Source: Paracoccaceae bacterium
Lineage (GTDB): Bacteria; Pseudomonadota; Alphaproteobacteria; Rhodobacterales; Rhodobacteraceae
Reading direction: 5' to 3'
Assembly: GCA_050299695.1 (NCBI GenBank)
Contig: JBNKWI010000001.1
Span: 31,662 to 95,661, forward strand
Length of the DNA: 64,000 bases
In this document: one piece after another, positions 58,935 through 64,000 of the stretch
Position numbering within the stretch: position 1 is the first letter of the stretch
Layout: every line of letters begins with the position of its first letter
Position numbers and translations under genes: made by a program
Notes under the pieces: generated by a model
What the model was told of the DNA's origin: nothing
What the model saw: only the letters and a program-made list of their open reading frames with translations
The model's database searches: none

Positions 58935-59507
58935 ATGGGTCACTTCTACATCAACGTCTCGATCCGCGGGGTTCCTCCGGACACGGTAGTCGCGGCGCTC
59001 GGACCTCAAACCCGGGTGTTCGCGGGACCATCCGAAAACGGCTGGACCTGCTTCGCGGACGCCGCTCTCAGCGACGACCCGACCGAGACGGACACCCATG
59101 TCGGCGGCCTCGCGGAAAGGTTTGCGACCGACGCGGTACAGGTCGAGAACCATGACGACGACCTTCTCGCGATCACCGCCTATAGCCGCGGCAAGCTTGT
59201 CGCCAACTGTTTGTCCTGTCCCGACTATTTCGACCCCGACGGGCCGGAGGCCGGCAAGGGACCGGAGCTCGACGGAGCCGCGGCGCTGGCAGGGCTCGGC
59301 ACCGACGTCACCCCGGCCTCGATCGAGGATCTTCTCGTCGCGCGCGAGCAGGAGTTCGTCTACGCGGTCGACCTCCACGCCGCCGTCGCGTCGCTGATCG
59401 GCCTACCCGCCTATTCCGTGGGCTTCGGCTTCGACTACGCCGGAAGCGGCGACCTCCCGATCATCCCCAGGCCGCTCTACCGGACGCCCCGCCGCCGGCC
59501 CGCCTGA
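58935..59507 (+). CDS. Hypothetical acidic protein (190 aa)
   Basis: ORF with GC3-rich codons filling the gap; no motif I recognise. Confidence 0.75.
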   Translation: MGHFYINVSIRGVPPDTVVAALGPQTRVFAGPSENGWTCFADAALSDDPTETDTHVGGLAERFATDAVQVENHDDDLLAITAYSRGKLVANCLSCPDYFDPDGPEAGKGPELDGAAALAGLGTDVTPASIEDLLVAREQEFVYAVDLHAAVASLIGLPAYSVGFGFDYAGSGDLPIIPRPLYRTPRRRPA

Positions 59508-59597
59508 AACCGAAAGCGCCGGTGACCTTGCGGCCCCGGCGCTCCCTCCTCCTCCCCAGAAGGACTGGCGGCCCGCCGGATGCGGGCCTTCGGTAAA

Positions 59598-60020
59598 TCA
59601 ATCGTCGCGATGGACCTTCTCGCGGCGCTCGTGGCGCTCCTGCGCCTCGAGGCTGAGCGTCGTCGTGGGCCGCGCCACGAGCCGCTTCAGCGAGATCGGC
59701 TCGCCCGTCTCGTTGCAATAGCCGAACTCGCCCTCGTCGATCCGGCGCAGAGCGGCGTCGATCTTGGAGACCAGCTTGCGCTGCCGGTCGCGAATCCTGA
59801 GTTCCAGCGCCCGGTCGGTCTCCTCGCTCGCCCGATCGGCGATGTCGGGGATGTTCCTTGTGCCGTCCTGCAGGCCCGCGATGGTGGATTTCGAGTCGCT
59901 CAGAAGCTCGTTCTTCTGGCGGAGGAGCTCGCGGCGGAACCATTCGAGCTGGCGGTCGTTCATGAACGGTTCATCTTCAGCCGGGCGATAGTCATCAGGC
60001 AGAAATACCTCGGCCTTCAT
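59598..60020 (-). CDS. dksA: RNA polymerase-binding protein DksA
   Basis: YRPAEDEPFMN, PDIADRASEE, GYCNETGEPISLKRLVARP. Confidence 0.96.
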   Translation of the reverse strand: MKAEVFLPDDYRPAEDEPFMNDRQLEWFRRELLRQKNELLSDSKSTIAGLQDGTRNIPDIADRASEETDRALELRIRDRQRKLVSKIDAALRRIDEGEFGYCNETGEPISLKRLVARPTTTLSLEAQERHERREKVHRDD

Positions 60021-60139
60021 ACGCTTTCCCTTCTGCACTCCGGCGGCTGCATCCATACGCGTGTTGTCCACTGGTGCGCCTCCTTTGGCCGGGGACATAC
60101 CGCAACCCCCGCCCCTTGTCACTATCCGATCTCGGCTTC

Positions 60140-60168
60140 TTGAAGCTGGCCGGCGCTGACGTTACGCT
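60140..60168 (+). promoter_or_regulatory. Sigma70 promoter of the moxR operon
   Basis: TTGAAG-N17-TACGCT. Confidence 0.55.
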
Positions 60169-60204
60169 ACCATCAACGATCGCCCCGAGAGCCTTGCATT
60201 TCCG

Positions 60205-61044
<840 letters not shown>

Positions 61045-61228
61045 GCCCCGGCCCGGCGCAGGCGGCGAAAGGTCCGGCGGGCCTTTCGAGGGGCGACAGG
61101 GCAGAGCCCCGGACGCCTCCGCCGGCCGCGTCTTCCACCGTCGCCGGCGCCGATCCGGGCGCGGCTGGCGGGCGGGCCGCTGACGGGCAAGGCCCGGCAG
61201 CCGGGGCGCCGGACAGCCCGCGCCCCTG

Positions 61229-62128
61229 ATGCTCGACGTTCTCACCCACGACATCCTGCCGGTCTTCTCGATGCTGGCGCTCGGGTTCCTCCTCGGCCGT
61301 CTCGGCACCACGTCGGAGGCGGAGGCGCGGGCGATCAACCGGATCGCCTTCCTCGTCCTGCAGCCCGCGCTGATCTTCCCGCTGATCGCGCGGATCGACT
61401 TCGCCGCCTTCGACCTTCGGGCGCTCGCGCTCTACGCGGCCTGCGAGTTGGTAGCGTTCGCCGCCGCCTACCAGGTCGCCCAGCGCGTCTTCAGGCGCGA
61501 GCCGAACGAGGCCTGGCTTCTCGCCATGGCCGTCGTCTTCGTGAACTCGCTCCTCTACATCTGGCCGATCTCCTACCTGATCTACGGCGAGACCGCGGCA
61601 ATGCCGATCACCGCGATCGTCGCGTGGGACGCATCGGCGAGCTTCGCCTTCTTCATCGTGTCGATGGAACTCCGGGCCGGCAGCGCGCAAGGCGGCTCGG
61701 CCGCGCGGCGCGTCGCGACGAATCCCATCCTGATCGCGATCGCGATCGGCCTGCTCGTGAACGCGCTCGGCCTCGCCGTGCCCGAACCGGTCCTCACCGC
61801 CGCACATTTCGCCGGCGGCGGCGCGGCGCCGCTCACGCTCTTCGCGCTCGGCGTGATCCTGTCGGGCCACGCCCTCGCGCCTTCGCCCACCATCGCCGGC
61901 ATCGCCGCGATGAAGCTCCTCGTGTTCCCGCTCCTCGTCTGGGCGGCGATGACGGTGCTTGCCCCCGAAAGCGGCTGGCGTGACCTCTTCACCCTCAACG
62001 CCGCCGGACCCTCGGGTGCGATGGCGTTCGCCCTTGCGCTCCTCTATCACGTGAGGACAGACTGCATAGCGCCTGTCATCATCTGGACGAGCGTCCTGTC
62101 CCTGTTCACCCTGGCACTCCTCGCATGA
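61229..62128 (+). CDS. AEC (auxin efflux carrier) family transporter
   Basis: ILPVF, ATNPILIA, MKLLVFP; about 10 TM helices. Confidence 0.88.
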   Translation: MLDVLTHDILPVFSMLALGFLLGRLGTTSEAEARAINRIAFLVLQPALIFPLIARIDFAAFDLRALALYAACELVAFAAAYQVAQRVFRREPNEAWLLAMAVVFVNSLLYIWPISYLIYGETAAMPITAIVAWDASASFAFFIVSMELRAGSAQGGSAARRVATNPILIAIAIGLLVNALGLAVPEPVLTAAHFAGGGAAPLTLFALGVILSGHALAPSPTIAGIAAMKLLVFPLLVWAAMTVLAPESGWRDLFTLNAAGPSGAMAFALALLYHVRTDCIAPVIIWTSVLSLFTLALLA

Positions 62129-62571
62129 CCCTCACGATTCGCCCGCTCCGACGCGACGACGACGCCGACTGGAGGCGGATGTGGCAGGCCTATCTGGCGT
62201 TCTATGAGACGACCCGGCCGGAGGAGATCTACGATGCCTATTTCGAACGCCTCCTCGGCGACGACCCGCAGGATTTCCACGGGATGATCGCCGAGCTCGA
62301 AGGCCGCCCCGTCGGGCTCGTCCACTACCTCTTCCACCGTCACGGCTGGCGAATCGAGAATGTCTGCTATCTCCAGGATCTCTATGCAGATCCGGAAGTT
62401 CGCGGCCAGGGCGTGGGCCGGGCGCTGATCGAGGCGGTGTACGCCGAGGCCGACCGGATGGGCGCACCCGCGGTCTACTGGCTGACCCAGGATTTCAACG
62501 CGCAGGCCCGGCAGCTCTACGACCGGATCGGCCAGGTGACACCCTTCATCAAATACGAGCGCGTGACATGA
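62125..62571 (+). CDS. GNAT family N-acetyltransferase
   Basis: CYLQDLY, RGQGVGRAL, NAQARQLY. Confidence 0.92.
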   Translation: MTLTIRPLRRDDDADWRRMWQAYLAFYETTRPEEIYDAYFERLLGDDPQDFHGMIAELEGRPVGLVHYLFHRHGWRIENVCYLQDLYADPEVRGQGVGRALIEAVYAEADRMGAPAVYWLTQDFNAQARQLYDRIGQVTPFIKYERVT

Positions 62572-63941
62572 TCCGACGCATCGCCCTCGCGGCCTTCCTC
62601 GGCCTTGCCGCCTGCGTGCAGATGCCGGAGCCCGAAACCGGCCGCGCCGTGCCGCCGGAGATCGTGTTGCCGCCGATGAAGACCTTCGGCACACAGCGGG
62701 TCGCGCAGCCCACGCGGTCGAACCGCTCGATCGCCGCTGACATCCTCGATCTGACCTTCGAGCTCGAAAGCGGCCGACAATTACCGATCCTGACCCGTTT
62801 CGAGGGTCCGATCACCGTCCGCGTGCATGGTCCGGCCTCCCGGAGCCTCTACCGCGATCTAGACCGGCTCATCGCCCGGTTCCGCGGCGAGGCCGGCCTC
62901 GACGTCACACGGGTGACCGGCGACACGCCCGCCTCGATCACCATCGAGGTCGTGTCCCGGCGCGACCTGCAGCGCGCGGTGCCGGAAGCCGCCTGTTTCG
63001 TGGTCCCGCGGCTCTCCTCCTGGACCGAGTTCCGCCGCAACCGCCGTTCCGCCCAACTCGACTGGACCACGCTCGAGACACGCGAGCGCATGGCGGTGTT
63101 CCTGCCCGGCGATGTGAGCCCGCAGGAGATCCGCGACTGCCTGCACGAAGAGGTGGCGCAGGCCATCGGCCCCCTGAACGACCTCTACCGGCTCTCGGAT
63201 TCGGTGTTCAACGACGACAATTTCCACACCGTTCTGACCGGGTTCGACATGCTGGTCCTGCGGGTACTCTACGACAGGGAGCTGCATTCCGGCATGACCC
63301 GCGCCGAGGTGGCCGCCCGCCTTCCGGACATTCTCGACCGCCTGAACCCGCGCGGCCGCCGCGGGCCCGATGGGGCCAGCGGTGCCACGCCCCGGCGCTG
63401 GATCGAGGCGATCGAGGCCGCGCTCGGCCCCTCGGGCTCGTCGCCGAGCCGCCGCGCCGCTGCCCGCGATGCCGTTGAAATTGCTCGTGCTCAGGGCTGG
63501 GAGGACACGAGGGCGGCGTTTTCGCTGTATGCCTTGGGGCGGTTGTCGATCGGGGCGGAGCCGGAATTGGCCATCGCCTCGTTCCTGCAGGCGGGGGCGA
63601 TCTATCGCAGGGGGTCGGACACGGAGTTGCAGGCGGCGCATGTGGCGATGCAGCTGGCGGCCTTTGCGCTCTCGTCGGGGGAGCCGGACGTGGCGCAGCA
63701 GATCGTCGACCGGAACCTGAGGCCGGTGGCGGAGGCGGAGAACGCGGCGCTCCTGTCGACGCTCCTGATGGTGAAGGCCGAGGCGCTGGCGGCGAAGGGA
63801 CGCACCGCGGAAGCGGAAACCGTGCAAAAAGATGCACTTGGCTGGGCGCGCTACGGCTTCGGCTCGGACGAGGAAGTCTTCGCCCGGCTCACCGAAATCG
63901 CCGCGCTGAGCCCGGCGCGGCGGCGCGGAGGCGGCGGATGA
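62568..63941 (+). CDS. DUF2927 family lipoprotein
   Basis: Lipobox LAAC; CLHEEVAQAIG, SVFNDD. Confidence 0.88.
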   Translation: MIRRIALAAFLGLAACVQMPEPETGRAVPPEIVLPPMKTFGTQRVAQPTRSNRSIAADILDLTFELESGRQLPILTRFEGPITVRVHGPASRSLYRDLDRLIARFRGEAGLDVTRVTGDTPASITIEVVSRRDLQRAVPEAACFVVPRLSSWTEFRRNRRSAQLDWTTLETRERMAVFLPGDVSPQEIRDCLHEEVAQAIGPLNDLYRLSDSVFNDDNFHTVLTGFDMLVLRVLYDRELHSGMTRAEVAARLPDILDRLNPRGRRGPDGASGATPRRWIEAIEAALGPSGSSPSRRAAARDAVEIARAQGWEDTRAAFSLYALGRLSIGAEPELAIASFLQAGAIYRRGSDTELQAAHVAMQLAAFALSSGEPDVAQQIVDRNLRPVAEAENAALLSTLLMVKAEALAAKGRTAEAETVQKDALGWARYGFGSDEEVFARLTEIAALSPARRRGGGG

Positions 63942-64000
63942 GCCTGGTCCTCGGCGGCTTCGTCCTGGGCGCGCTCATAGGCGCCTTCACCGCCCGCAAG
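63938..64000 (+). CDS. 5' end of a small membrane protein (truncated by window edge)
   Basis: ATGA overlap, SD GGAGG, MSLVLGGFVLGALIGAFTARK. Confidence 0.6.
   Translation, partial: MSLVLGGFVLGALIGAFTARK

Overview
GC-rich alphaproteobacterial chromosomal window. Gene content and synteny point to Rhodobacteraceae. It is mostly core genes, in this order: end of sucA, sucB, two MAPEG genes and lpdA; an FnrL-controlled low-oxygen/tetrapyrrole block (ccoNOQP, usp, fnrL, hemN, hemC, hemE, cobS, hemF) with three clear FNR boxes; clpS, a HAD hydrolase and a D,D-carboxypeptidase; tRNA-Val(GAC)-rpmJ; a LacI regulator; tRNA-Arg(CCT); an acyl-CoA ligase/Liv-type ABC operon carrying several inserted genes; rmuC, mutL, an M16 peptidase pair, lspA, purH, rsmB, dapB, rbfA; an orphan Fe3+-binding protein; dksA and a moxR operon. 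I found no integrase, transposase, prophage, CRISPR array or recognisable defence system. The most notable unexplained signals are non-coding or very small. (i) A 39-bp element of three helically phased 11-mers (GTGTACRGGYT) occurs twice, 32 kb apart, inside operons. (ii) A REPIN-like long inverted repeat and a small orphan ORF sit between sucB and lpdA. (iii) A ~150-nt rod-like candidate ncRNA (6S-like) lies between DUF3775 and rmuC. (iv) Two small ORFs were missed by the ORF track. (v) Several genes look leaderless, including hemN, whose FNR box is centred exactly 41.5 bp from the ATG. (vi) A secreted caspase-like peptidoglycan-binding protein lacks the catalytic Cys. (vii) ccoNOQP has no adjacent ccoGHIS. 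All calls are by eye from sequence and family motifs; no searches were run.
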